Of a stretch of DNA of 64,000 bases, positions 36,347-48,903 are shown piece after piece. The notes below the pieces were generated by a model, which saw only the letters and a list, made by a program, of their open reading frames with translations, had not been told where the DNA came from and did no database searches. Numbering within the stretch: position 1 is the first letter of the stretch; each line of letters starts with the position of its first letter. The stretch is from Podarcis liolepis. Taxonomy: Eukaryota. Position numbers and translations under genes: made by a program. The DNA is taken from NCBI GenBank assembly GCA_965112155.1, contig OZ218098.1, one strand, 5' to 3'.

Positions 36347-36484
36347 CAGCGGTTCTCAACCTGTGGGTCCCCAGGTGTTGTTGGGCTACAACTCCCATCA
36401 TCCCTGAACTCTGGCCTTGCTAGCTAGGGGTGATGGGAGTTGTAGTTCAACAACATCTGGGGACCCACAGGTTGAGAAAGGCTG
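36347..36484. mobile_element. Young palindromic hAT MITE with SPIN/URR1-like termini
   Basis: About 60-bp inverted arms starting CAGCGGTTCTCAACCTGTGGGTC; 8-bp TSD CCTTAAGA / CCTTAGGA. Confidence 0.85.
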
Positions 36485-37091
36485 CCTTAGGATGTGAAAT
36501 GCACCTCTATCATTTGAAATGCAATACACCTGTCCTAACTGATGACATGGAGGTGTCTCAAGACAATCTACCTGGGGAAAAAGCTCTGTTGGCGTTTTCA
36601 AGAAAGCACACGTAGGACTGTGCTGCATGGCATCAGTGTGTAATTTGGTTGATGATATTGCAAAAAGCTTTTCTCTTGAGACTCCTCCCCCCTCAATATG
36701 GTAAGTAGGGTGGGTGGGTGTTTAAGCACTGATGAAAAGTAAACCTTTCCTTGCACTCTTTAAAATTCATTTTCACAGGTGTACTGGGAATTCTTTCTCC
36801 TTTTTTTTTTTTTTGCTTCTAATTGTAAGATGAGGACACCTCAATGAGAAGGGATAGGGAACCAATGGCATTCTAGATGTTGTTTGACTCTAGCTCCCAT
36901 CAGCCTTTGCCAGCATAGCCAATGATCAGGGATGATGGGAGTTGTGGTTCAGCAACACCTGGAGGGCCACAACTTCCTCCTTTCTGTTCCAGATGGTATG
37001 TTAAAGTCTAGGTTTAGTCCAACATTCTTCATCACCTATGACCTTGAAATTTATCTCCCTGCCACAAACCTATGATTGGCTCTACTTAAGC

Positions 37092-37410
37092 CAGGGATCA
37101 GCAAACATTTTCAGCAGGGGGCTGGTCCACTGTTACTCAGACCTTGTGGGGGGCCAGGCTATATTTTGGGGAGGGGGGAATGAACGAATTCATATGCCCC
37201 ACAAATAACCCAGAGATGCATTTTAAATAAAAGCACACATTCTACCCATGTAAAAATACCAGGCAGGCCCCACAAATAACCCAGAGATGCATTTTAAATA
37301 AAAGGACACATTCTACTCATGTAAAAACACACTGATTCCTGGACCATTCATGGGATTTAGAAGGGAATTGGGTCGGATCCGGCCCCCGGGCCTTAGTTTG
37401 CCTACCCATG
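37092..37410 (-). mobile_element. Non-autonomous hAT (Charlie group), related to 3946-4220
   Basis: Imperfect TIR CAGGGATCAGCAAAC / GTTTGCCTACCCATG; perfect 8-bp TSD ACTTAAGC (37084-91, 37411-18); internal 71-bp-period duplication. Confidence 0.85.
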
Positions 37411-38501
37411 ACTTAAGCTGTAGTTCTTTGCATGACTGCAATTTCTGTGCACGGTTTTCATACCTTCAAAGCTGCATTCACACAACTTAACAGCACTTTA
37501 GACAGGCATCTGACAGAATCGAGGGACAGTCTAGTGGCCAAGTCCTTTGTGTGTATCCCAGGATCAGGTTGCCTGCTATATTTTTGTCTATGTTAGAAAT
37601 ATTGAGAGACATTAGATGGCAACACCTACTGCAGAAATGGCAACATGCTGCCCTCGTTTAGTAAACGTATCTCTTAACAGCTTAATAAAAACCATGATCC
37701 TTACATAGCCTTTCTATCAAACTTTCCAGGAAAAAAAAAATGAGAATACTAAATGCACCAGGATAGGGAAAGGATATGCTCCATTTGCTCTGCAATGATA
37801 ATCTTTTACAAAAGAGGATTTTTATTATTAATTCTTCGCCTTCTGGGGATATTATAATTTCTAGAATGTAGAAAATGCCTTAAGCACAAGCAATTTGCTG
37901 AGCTAGACTGAATTTCAAAATGTTTCAAATGAGCTGATAAACAACTGCATAATTAGCCATTATTAGATCAAGACCGCACAATACATATATCCAACTGAGA
38001 CAGCCAATGGATAGGGAAATTGGGGATATTGTTTTAAAAAACTAAAAGCCAGTGTTCTAGTTCCACTTCTTACATTTTCTTTAGAAATGCAGATTATTCT
38101 ATCAAGTAAACCCTTGGGGTCTTAATCATTAAACACATACTTCTTGTATGAATAATGAGCAGTTTATGGGCTGAATATAACCCATACACTAAAGTGATTA
38201 GATTGCAAGCCTTCTCTCTCCTCCCTCTCACACAACACAACACAACACACAGTCTCACTGCATGCAAACATTTCTCTCTCTCATTATATCCAATGTTCCT
38301 TCTACCTTTTGACCTAGTGACCTAGATTCAATTGCAATGTCCTTAAATTCTAAGGCCTGTTGCTGTGATAACTGGCTTTACATAAAAACAGGATGATTTC
38401 CTTTTGAGAAGGAAGAGTAAAACAAATTAAAATGCAGGGCTGTTTTTTTTTAAAAAAAACATACTGCTTCAGACATTTGGGGCTTTATATATCATGGCTG
38501 C

Positions 38502-38637
38502 NNNNNNNNNNNNNNNNNNNNNNNNNNNNNNNNNNNNNNNNNNNNNNNNNNNNNNNNNNNNNNNNNNNNNNNNNNNNNNNNNNNNNNNNNNNNNNNNNNN
38601 NNNNNNNNNNNNNNNNNNNNNNNNNNNNNNNNNNNNN
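38502..38637. other. Assembly gap (136 N)
   Basis: Run of N. Confidence 1.
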
Positions 38638-39105
38638 TTTGGATCACAACCTTTTAATGTAAAATGGAAATTGGAGCCAATTGTGTGATTGTTTTCTTTG
38701 CTAACTTTAGAACACTCCTCAGGCATGGCAGGACCTGAATGTATTGTTGCAGTGATGATCTCATTATAAGGCACTTGGGACGTTTAAGTGTATTAGTATT
38801 TTTGTAGCTTGACATGTAGAACTTTTTCAAAAACAGTTATCTGCCATTCTGCAAAATTCTCTCCAAAGACACACTTAGCTGCATCAATGGGATTCAGTTT
38901 TAAATTCACCTGGTGGGCTTACAAACGATGGTATAGTTTTTGTGGCAGGGAAAAAAATGCCTTTTAATTAAGGTTGCATTACCCCAGGACCACAAACCCA
39001 TGAAATTGGGTGATGATCTTGCAAACAGAGCACATTTCACATTACCCCTGTCCTTGGCAATTGCCCAAAAAGATGGAGAAATGTATAAGGTAGGAGTCAA
39101 CTTAC

Positions 39106-39388
39106 TTGTCCCTCCACCAAGTTTTGAGAGACAAGGTGGGGTGAGCTCACATGACATAACTCTTGCCGTAGGAGTCTGCCATGCGAGCTCCATCTGAGAA
39201 GATGCACCTGATCCCACCCATGAAAGTGGTACCCGGCGACGCAATTGTGTGCTCCCCTTTTGCCTCCAGCTCCACCGCTTCCTGTTCAGCCCTTGGATGT
39301 TTAAGTGCCCCACTGCTGGATGAGTCTCTGTGCTCTGCCAGAAGGGTGGAGAAGAGCCAGCAGATCTGCTTTTCTCTGTCTCTGACAC
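39106..39388 (-). other. Candidate spliced exon (283 nt), coding status unknown
   Basis: Acceptor CTCCCCTTGTTTCTCTAG|G and donor CAA|GTAAGT on minus strand; GC above flanks; one frame open throughout; no recognisable homology. Confidence 0.3.
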
Positions 39389-40349
39389 CTAGAGAAACAA
39401 GGGGAGCACCTCCATCCTTCATCCCTGGGTGCCAGCCTCCCAGTTCCCCACCTGCTCTTCCTCCTTCCTCTTCCTGGTCCATCTCCAATGTAGACACCAC
39501 TGATTTGTATGAGACTTTTTCCCCCACGTTAAAACACTTAGTATTGCCACCACCTATAATCTAGCTCTCAGCACTACTGAATATTGTGACATGAAAAGTT
39601 TTGTCAACAGTTCGAAACAGAACTACAGTGCTGATAGACTAGCATCTCAGCCAGTCACTTAAGAACCTAACCAGATTAAGTCGTATAAAGGTGTATAAAG
39701 AAAAGCTTATTATTATTTCTTTAAGTTGAATAGGGCAATTTCCCAATCAGAGTAGAAGGATGGGGCAGAGATCGGGAGCCATCTTGTTATCCCAGTTAGA
39801 TTCACCTCCCCTAATGTTTGAGTCCTACTGCTGTGTTAACTCAGAAGATGGTGGCAGCTAGTGAGTCATCAGATTATTTTAGGGTAGGTATAGTCTAAAT
39901 TGTAAAGTTGGGACACCTAGAAACATGTCAGTTTAAGGAAGAGAGTAAGGACTTGGTGGCCCAGTTTGCACATAATGCTAAGAAGAACCATGGCTTAGCT
40001 TCAGGTAGTGTGGCAGCAGCAGGACCAGTAGAATACTGTCCTGAACTGTAGCAGATCTTTCAAGAACCCCAGGCTCAAATCTCTTTGCTTGTAGCCATCC
40101 TAGGGGGCAAATTTTGATCAAACCGCTGGGACAGGGCAGCTATGGCATTACATATGTTGTGAGACTCTTAACTCTCAGCAGCTCCAGCAGATCTGGTCAA
40201 TGCTCTGGGATGATGAGAGTTGTAGTCCAGGAACATCTCTATTGTAACCGATTAATCATGTTGATGAATGGATTAAAACTTGCAGCCTTATTGAACAGGG
40301 TTTTCTTCCCTTGAGAATAATACATGTTAAAAAGAAAGGGGGGGAGGGG

Positions 40350-40960
40350 AAACCCTATACATTAAAGCAATATCATTACCCATCACCTGTTGCCTGAAAT
40401 AGTTAAAATCACAGTGCAGAACACTGCTACATTATAACAGACACTGCTTCAGTTATAATAATACCATCTGGCGGCCAATTAGTCCCTAATACAATTTTAT
40501 TCTTCATGGAATTTTGTAAGTAAAACGTAAAACAGTCAAAATAGTTAATTGGCCTACTGGGGGAAAAAGCTGCATGGCTGATCTCTTTAAGTCGGGCGAA
40601 AAATGGCTCTGGTGAAAGAACTGTAAAAAAATTCATAGAGAGATTTATTTTTTTTAAATCCAATGCGAGTTTAAATATTTATCTTGCATGTAAAATGCAA
40701 AAGGCTAAAATGTGAATGTTTCAGAGTCCTAACCTCTCAGCAAGTTTTAGGCATATCTAATTCTCTGGACAGTTGATGTTATTTATGACAAAAGTGCAAT
40801 TTGATTGTGGTTTCACTCTGTTTATAGTTTGATATTTCCCCCCTTTTTTACATCAAGCAATCAAGTATCAGCAGTGTTATCTCAATTACTCTGAATAAAG
40901 CAGCTGTAACTCTAAGGTTCAAGTTTTGTCTGCTCAGTGTCAATCATTTTAATAAACTAA
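40350..40960. promoter_or_regulatory. Candidate conserved enhancer block
   Basis: Unique; GTAAAACGTAAAA 40520-40532, TTTATGAC 40782, CAATTA/TAATTG, CTCF-like TGGCCGCCAGATGGTATTA (minus, 40459-40477). Confidence 0.35.
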
Positions 40961-43900
40961 CAAAATGAAGAACAAAAACCTATGAAAGAAGCATTTTGAA
41001 TAAATGCCCTTGAGCACAATCCAGGTCAGGTCACACCTCTGAAAATCCCATTGAAACCAACTCTTCCTATGAAATCAACAGGACATAAGGGTGATCAACT
41101 TAGGCTAGACAGTATTTATTACTAGGATAGAGCTAAGGCCCGGTTCATGTGATGCAGCCACATGCTAAGGAGTCCTATGGCACATGGCGCTGTTGTATTC
41201 ACAGAGTTACAACACTCACAATCTCATCCTCTTATTAAAAACTTACAATACAACAACAACAATAATAATAAAGGCACGACACAAGCCCTTTCATTAAAAG
41301 TGGTCAATTCTGCGAAGCTTATTGGAAGAAGAAAGTCTTCACCTGCCGGTGGAAGGACAACAGGAAGGGAGCCAGTCTAACTTCTCTAGGGAGGGAGTTC
41401 CAAAATCCGGGAGCAGCCACCAAGAAAACTATAGCAGCCAGGCTCTTCCTGTCCAATAATGGCCATAGCTGGCAAGCCACCTGAAAGTGATGAAAGGCAT
41501 TCCATAGATGGTTCCATGAGTACGCTTGGGACTACCAACCTACTCATATTTCCAATTTCTGTGCAAAGGAACCACCCACTCACAAACCCTCTGTCTTGTC
41601 AGAATTTAGATTCAGCTTATTGGCCCTCAGCCACCAGTGATATGGTGAGTAATGATAATCTTTGCCACACCATTTTGACTTTCCAGTTGTACAAAACTGT
41701 TTCAATCACTATGCATATATTAAATGTTCATTTGAGTAACTTTGTAATGGAATGAGCTTTCAACCCCCCCCCCCCTTTCCTGGAAGTAAGCTCTGAGACT
41801 TTCTTCTGAGTAGACCTGTATAGGACTGCACTGCTCAGAGCTGTTTTGTTAACGCATAATGTTTTAAACACTGAGAAGCATGCTATATGCAACATGGCTG
41901 TTCCTTTATGTGATTATGGACCTCAAGCTTTTCTGAATTAGAGTCCCCCTGAAAGAACACACCTGGTATGTGATGAAATGATAATAAAATATCTTTATGC
42001 ACTAATCTCTTGCTTTATTTATTTCCCCTAACAAGGATTTCTGGAAACCTCAGTATCATTAATGGACATATTTCTTCTCTCTGATACATCCATTAACTGC
42101 CACAGATAATTCTGATCTGTATAAAGAGTAACAGTTTAAATCAACTAATTCACATATCAAGTACTTAAGGGCTGTACAATGTTAAAGACCTTGCATATTT
42201 TTACACATTATCCCTTGACAGGAGATAGTAATTGAGACCTTAAAACAGTAGATGGATCTTCCCTTGTCGAACATAGGAGCGGAAATAAATGCTATTAGAT
42301 CAGACATATTGCCTTGGAAAATTTATCACAATTTTGCTCAGGATACAGATAAGAGCGTAGCTTGTTTGTTTCAACCAATTCTTACCTTACCTGGCCCCGT
42401 TGTACCTTACTAGGATAGTACTTCCAATCGGTCAGAGAAAACTGCAATATGCAGTTCTGCTATTTGTAACGGTCAGTGCCAATCCTTAAGTTACTAGGCC
42501 CAGTTGTGTCTCACTGCAATGGGGCTACAAATCCTGGTGTGTGCCAGGTATGCTTGGAAGGCCCTACCAAACACACATGACCATATCCAGAAATAAAACT
42601 TTTGTTTTAAAGTTTTAAAGACAAGGTTTGGTTTTTGTGCACACATAGCATCAGAAACAATGAATGCTGGAAGGTTGTGTAAAATTTTGCTGAGATCATA
42701 ACAATCACACATTAGAGAACGGGGCTAAAAAATGAACTGGTTATTTCAAACTGACATTTGGCATATTTTTCCTCTGCCTTGCTGGCCTTCCTATTCCCCT
42801 TCTACTCAGCTTCAAAAATGCATGGACTTCTGTGAGCTTGCCCCAAATCCACATTTCTCATTGCTCCTTCATATGATCAGCTACTTCTTTCGCCTTACCT
42901 GCACAGCGGTACACACAGGACTGGACAGTAAAAATCAGTCTCATCTATTACTCCTCATTGCAGCCTACTTCAACCTGATGCCTTCAAGATTGGACTACAA
43001 CTCCCATCACCCTGAGCTATTTGCCATGCTGATTGGGGCTGATGGGAATTGTAGTCCAGAACACCCGGAGGGCACCAGGTTGCGGAATGCTGCCGTTTTC
43101 CCTCCTCCCATTTTTGCTTTTCTATGAGCATTTCTTATTTCCTCATGATTAATGCAGCCCTCGGCTGGTCTAGATTCCCTTGTGTATTTCTTGTGGCAGC
43201 CGGATGGAACCACTTCAAGTAAAAGTACCACCAAGAATTCTGTGAAGCTGAGTGACTGAAATGCTTGGCAAGCAGATGGCCTTAGGAAAATGATTAATTT
43301 AGAAAAGCAATTGCCCTTGTGAGCCTCTTTATATTGATAATATACTGCATAAAGTGAAGAAGACCTATTTTAAGCCGTATGGCAAATTTGCTGTGTGGAC
43401 TTTTTCAATTCTGCTTAATGCTATCCTCAGTTAATTTGGGCAATTAAAACAGGCCTGTGGAAATAAGGTGTGGGTTTTTTTGTGTGGGTTTTTTTTAAAG
43501 AGAAGTACAATATTTCATATTAAAAAGAACAATTTTGTTGCCATTTTATACAAATTGTCTCATTTCGTCACCCACATTTCCTTTCTGTGTTCTACGTTTC
43601 AGTGAATTCTCATCTCCCACTGCTACAGACTATTAAACAGTGGAAGGAAAGCTCAGTTAAGTGAAAAGGTAATGAAACAGGTAAAATCACACAAAAGAAA
43701 GTTAAATGGTTTGCGGCGCTGCTGCAAGCTTTGCTGTAGGGGGATCTGCCACGCTTGCTCATTAAGCGGCCACCTATGCATGCTTTACACATCCAAAAGG
43801 TTCTGAAAGGAGCATCCAAAACATATCAAAGATGGGCTGAAGACTTCATGCACTTTAGAGAACAGCCATTGCGTGATGTTTTATTGGAACTGGCTCAAGT

Positions 43901-44818
43901 TATCACCTTTGAGATCCAGAAAGCAAGCGGCTTTAAGTGACCCAGAGTATCAAATTCCAGTTCACAACTGTGAGATGGTGCTGGAGCGCTGACTAAGAAA
44001 GTACCTTTAAGATCCGATTAAAACAACAACCACCCCCCACCCCCAGCTGCCCGAAGGCCTTATGAAAAATTAATGAAGCAGATGCAATTAATATCAAATG
44101 TGCAGAACATTTAGCCTTTAGGTGGGGATACCATTCAAGCCTTCTGTGAATACGTTTCTCAAATATTTTCCAGTTTATAGCATTACATGACTCCCACCAA
44201 ATCTCTTGCCCTGCACTGATGAAGGCTAGAGCCTATCTCTACATTGCTTGTTCTCCCCTTACTTTGATCACAAGGAAAACCACTCTATTTTATCACATAA
44301 AGGTAGCTCAATACAATGTTATGAACCAGAGCATCTGACTTATAGCTATTAAGGTTTGTGTAAACCCCACATAAGGTTTCCGAAAGCCTAGTTCAACAAG
44401 CTCAGTTTCACCTGCGTCAGATTGCTGTCTTGACTTGCACGGTCTCTCTCTTTCTACCGCTATGGAATGACTGTGCAACCAGTGACTGTGTGTATTTTGT
44501 TTGCGCTTCTCATACGAAACGTAAGTCCACTCTTAGATTAGCACACAGGTGCACACATGAGAAGATGTGCATTTATGCGAGGAGCAAAGCTCACAACCCT
44601 GACATCACAACATAGTCTCATGTCCTAGAGAGATCACACATGCCACTCTTCCAACAGATATGACCATCTTAAGCTTGCCCAATGCAGTGAACCCCAATAT
44701 GCTAATATTTACCGTGCATGCCTTAAGAATGGCTTTTAAATTCTGTTTAGAACCTAAGGATGGGTTGGCCTTGAGAATGGACTCCTTTACGAAACTGACT
44801 ATAGAGCAACATTATTAT

Positions 44819-44965
44819 GGCCAGCCTGGATAGCTCAGTTGGTGAGAACGTGGTCCTGATAATGGCAAGGTTGCAGGTTTGATCCCCGTGTGGATATTCC
44901 TGCATTGCAGGGAGTTGGACCAGATAATCCTCAGGGTCTCTTCCAACTCTACAATTCTATGATTC
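44819..44965 (+). mobile_element. SINE with tRNA-Ile-like head and CR1-derived tail (POM SINE-like)
   Basis: TAGCTCAGTTGGTGAGAACGTGGTCCTGATAATGGCAAGGTTGCAGGTTTGATCCCCGT, then ATTCCTGCATTGCAGG..TTCCAACTCTACAATTCTATGATTC. Confidence 0.8.
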
Positions 44966-45381
44966 CATCATTTTCAGTATTCAGGAGGCCTTCATCCACA
45001 CCACATGCCCAACTCAACCAAATGAAGCCCTATGGTGCCTATCGTAAGCAAGCAATTGCAATGTGGCCTTTGCCAAATTTTGCTGCCAAGCAGGCTCTCA
45101 TTAGAAAACATGCTACTGAAGATAAGAATTTCCTAACTAAATTGGGGGGAAACAACCCTGAGAGTTACAATGGAACTTTGATGATCTGCAAATTGGGATG
45201 GATGATTTGCGAATTGCAAATTCCCACTGATGTAAATGGTGATGAGGAATGATAAGCAGTGGTGGTGGCAGAGGATGAGTAGGTGATTGGATGAGTGGCA
45301 GAAGGGGAAAATTGAAATTGCCGGGTGGAATAACAAGAGGGGCAAAGCTCTTTTCCCGCTTCCTTTGATCCTTCTTCCCAA

Positions 45382-45626
45382 CAGTGTGGTGTGGTGGTTA
45401 AGAGCGGTGGACTCGTAATCTGGGGAACCGGGTTCGCGTCTCCGCTCCTCCACATGCAGCTGCTGGGTGACCTTGGGCTAGTCACACTTCTTTGAAGTCT
45501 CTCAGCCCCACTCACCTCACAGAGTGTTTGTTGTGGGGGAGGAAGGGAAAGGAGAATGTTAGCCGCTTTGAGATTCCTAAGGGTAGTGTTAAAGCAGGAT
45601 ATCAAATCCAAACTCTTCTTCTTCTT
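45382..45626 (+). mobile_element. Squam3-type CORE-SINE
   Basis: High identity to 8270-8515; retains several CpGs; (CTT)n tail. Confidence 0.9.
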
Positions 45627-47190
45627 ATGTGGTTTCCACTTGCTTCTTTTTCAGGTTTGGCGACTGCCTTTCTTTGTCAACATTTCAAAACCGGTGTGCA
45701 AAACATCAACACAAAGCCAGGAACAGTATTGCAAAATACTGCCACTAGAGGTATTAAAATGTTATAAAAATCTCAAGAAACAGAGAGTAACTTTTTACTT
45801 TCCATCTAGAATGACATAGTCAAAACAAAAGCTCTCCCCCGCCCAACAATGTTACACACTCCTTGAGAGAGATAAGTGGGATCCAAATGTGGCTAAAGGC
45901 ATTCTAGCTGTCTAAAGTGGTAATTGCAACCTTTTTCGTTCTCACTTCGTATCATAATTGAACATAACTGCACTTAATGCAACTACAGGCACTAAGACGT
46001 GGCAGAAGACTAGATCCATCCAAAGTCATGTAAGTACAATCACTAGAGACGGGGTAGCTATTTGAGAGGAAAAGTTCAGAATGCAAACTCATCCCCTTGA
46101 ACAAAGTAGCCCCAAATATGGTTCAAGAAAAGCCATTTTGAGCTTAGCTGGGCTAAATGGCATGCCACCAACACCAACAGCATTTCCATTTGCAGCCATA
46201 GGTCTTAGATACATGCCCCATGATCTCTTGTTGAAAATGATGCTCCGCAAGGTCTCCAGCTGTGAATGATGCATCAATTGCAGCTGGAAACCATGAGACT
46301 TGTATAGAAGCCTCATGATCTCTGGTTGCAAAGGAAAATGAAAATAATGCTGTATAGAGTTGAGAGCTCCTGCAGAGCCTCTTCTTGGCAGCACACAGCA
46401 TCACTTGCAGATCAATCCCAGGCCTCTTCCCCCTTCCCCAACATTTGGAATTTAGGGCTGGAATCGATTTGATTTTATGTTGTACACCACCCTGAAGGGA
46501 TCTAAACCCCAATATGATGAGGAGATTCAATATGATAAAAAATTTAATTACAGATAAATAAAAACAAATGACTGCGATTGTTTGGACAGAAAAAAGGGGG
46601 GAAATGGTTAGTGAAAGTGGTATAATCTATTGAACGATAGGCCTGGAAACCAGTTTGAAGAGGATAAAAAGAGATAATAAACTGTTGAAATAGTACACAA
46701 AAGAACATGTTCAAGAAATTGAAGAACAAAAGAAAGATTAGATACAGGATAATAATTATCCAAAAGTAAAGGCTCAATCCATTTTTATTTTTATTTTAAA
46801 TTATGTAACCTGTGTACAATTTATTATTTCTGTGCAGAAATTGGAATGACCAGAAGTAGGGAAATGCTGAAAGGGGCAAAAGTCAGTTCTACACTTTAAA
46901 CGTCCACTCATTTCCAAGATGATATTACATTCTGTTGACTGACAACAGGAAAAATTTTCCTGGCAGAGATGGGAGCCAGAGGAGATCCGTGTGCAGACTT
47001 TTAAAATTACAATACGACCACTTGAATTTCCCATGTCTATTGTAATATACCAAACTAGGATAAATCAAGCAGACTTTCGTGATGTTTTGGGGGTGGGAGA
47101 GTAAAGCACGCTATTTCAGACATTTTAGACTCCTTCTAACCACCAATTTCCAAATGTACTGTCTGTACTAAGTAGCCATTAGAAGAAGTA

Positions 47191-47359
47191 CCGTATTTTT
47201 CGCTCTATAACACGCACCTGACCATAACACGCACGTAGTTTTTAGAGGAGGAAAATCCGTAGGCATGCCACCCGTAGGCATTCCCTCCATAACACGCACA
47301 GACATTTCCCCTTACTTTTTAGGAAGAAAAAAGTGAGTGTTATGGTGCAAAAAATACGG
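47191..47359 (+). mobile_element. Tc2/pogo-like MITE (CCGTATTTTT family), internally deleted
   Basis: TIRs plus TA TSD; both ends align to 28984-29326. Confidence 0.88.
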
Positions 47360-48903
47360 TAGCTGCACAGCACAGGTGTTTCAGTTCACGCTAGTTGTAC
47401 AGAACGTCAGGCCTGGGGGCTAAATGCAGCCCTCCAAGTCTTTCTGGCCTTCAGGAAACTCACTAGGCCACAACCCCTCCTCAGGCAATGCCCCTTTGCC
47501 CAGACCATATCACTCACTGGCCCTGCTCTGTGCCCTTCCTTGAGTGCTTTTGTCTGGCCAGAATATGACCTTGACCTGTGATCATGCAGCCCTCAGGTAG
47601 AAAAAGGGGTCTGATACTTAAATTACACTCTCCTCATGGTGCCTGGGAGTCTGCTATGGTACCATAGATATTAAGCAAGAGAGGTCGTTTTACTATGACA
47701 CTCTGATTATATAAGTTAGCCAGGAACTGAACTCAAGAGGTCTTAGATCAGGCAAAGGGTACATAGACCAATCAAGCACTTCCCACAGAGCTAGATACCG
47801 TGCAGTATCATTAAACTCCCATTCATTTCAACAAGGACGCGCGAAGGAGTACCCTTCATCAAGCACAACATGCAGCAGAAACCTCCGTTATGTTCAGAGT
47901 AAGTTCCAAAAACACTTTCAAGGTACAAAATGATGCTCTCCACTCTGGCATTTAGAATGTAAATCTATTTGAAAAACACCAACACCAACAGTCACTTATT
48001 CTCTACTGCACTCCAAAAGTTATCATCTCTGAGGATAACAATGCTCTCATTTCTGTCTCACCTTCCCTGTCTCAGTGTCCTAAAACAATAGATGAATTCT
48101 CCACAGTTAAGACCTAAATGCTTGTACTTGCATTTGGGTGGGGGGACCTACGGATTTACTTGAAATTTAAGATTAGACTTTAAGCTTGAGTTTTAATGTA
48201 GCAGGTTAGGTAGTGTGTGTACATTGAAGAATCTGGAATTCATACATTTTGCTCTTTTACTCAGTCCACATTTAGAAAGGATCACCACTGCATCAATAAA
48301 CAGACATTGTTTTTTCTCCTTCTCTCATCAGCTTCCTGGAATTTATTCCCCCTACCCCCCGCCCCGCTTTTGATTGTAGGATGCTTTGTTTGAGTTCTGA
48401 CAGCAGGAAGGTGTTTACATTTTGTGATTGATTTTGGCCACATGCTGTTTGCTGCAGCAGCAGATGACTGATCATGCATCCTTCATTTTATCTGGAACCT
48501 TGCTGGATATCATGTTGTCATTAAGCAAGTACAAGCTACCGATTACCCAGGCTTACATCCTTGTATTCCTGCAGTCAGTAAATGCCACGAGATACCTGTG
48601 ATTTAAAAAGTGGGGATAATGGGTTTGCATGGGCTATGGGATTCTGCACACTTAAGTTGGAAAGGGCAAGTCTTTGTTGTGTAATGTTGATGAATGTCAG
48701 GTTTTAACCATCTTGATTGGGGTTCTGTTGGTTTCATCACTAGTGGTAGCTGATCTCCACGATGGGGAAGAAAGCAGGGAAGTGAACAGCGGGTGGAGAC
48801 ATCTGCACTAGCCCTTAAATCCTTTGTTTCATTTGGAAAGCCATGCACTGCCTAGTCTCAGAGGCACAGGATATGTGAGAGAGTCTGTTTGATTGGACTA
48901 AGC

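Noticed and set aside
38432-38774. ORFs spanning the N run
   Set aside because: Artefacts of the assembly gap
35230-40960. Identification as a specific known limb enhancer such as the Shh ZRS
   Set aside because: I could not match the ZRS sequence as I recall it, and no flanking exons identify the locus
44829-44895. tRNA-Ile-like sequence as a real tRNA gene
   Set aside because: Stems and T-loop are degenerate and it is fused to a CR1 tail, so it is a SINE head
45165-45611. Similar peptides recurring in ORFs at 8218, 31461 and 45165, suggesting a gene family
   Set aside because: They are antisense translations of Squam3 SINE copies
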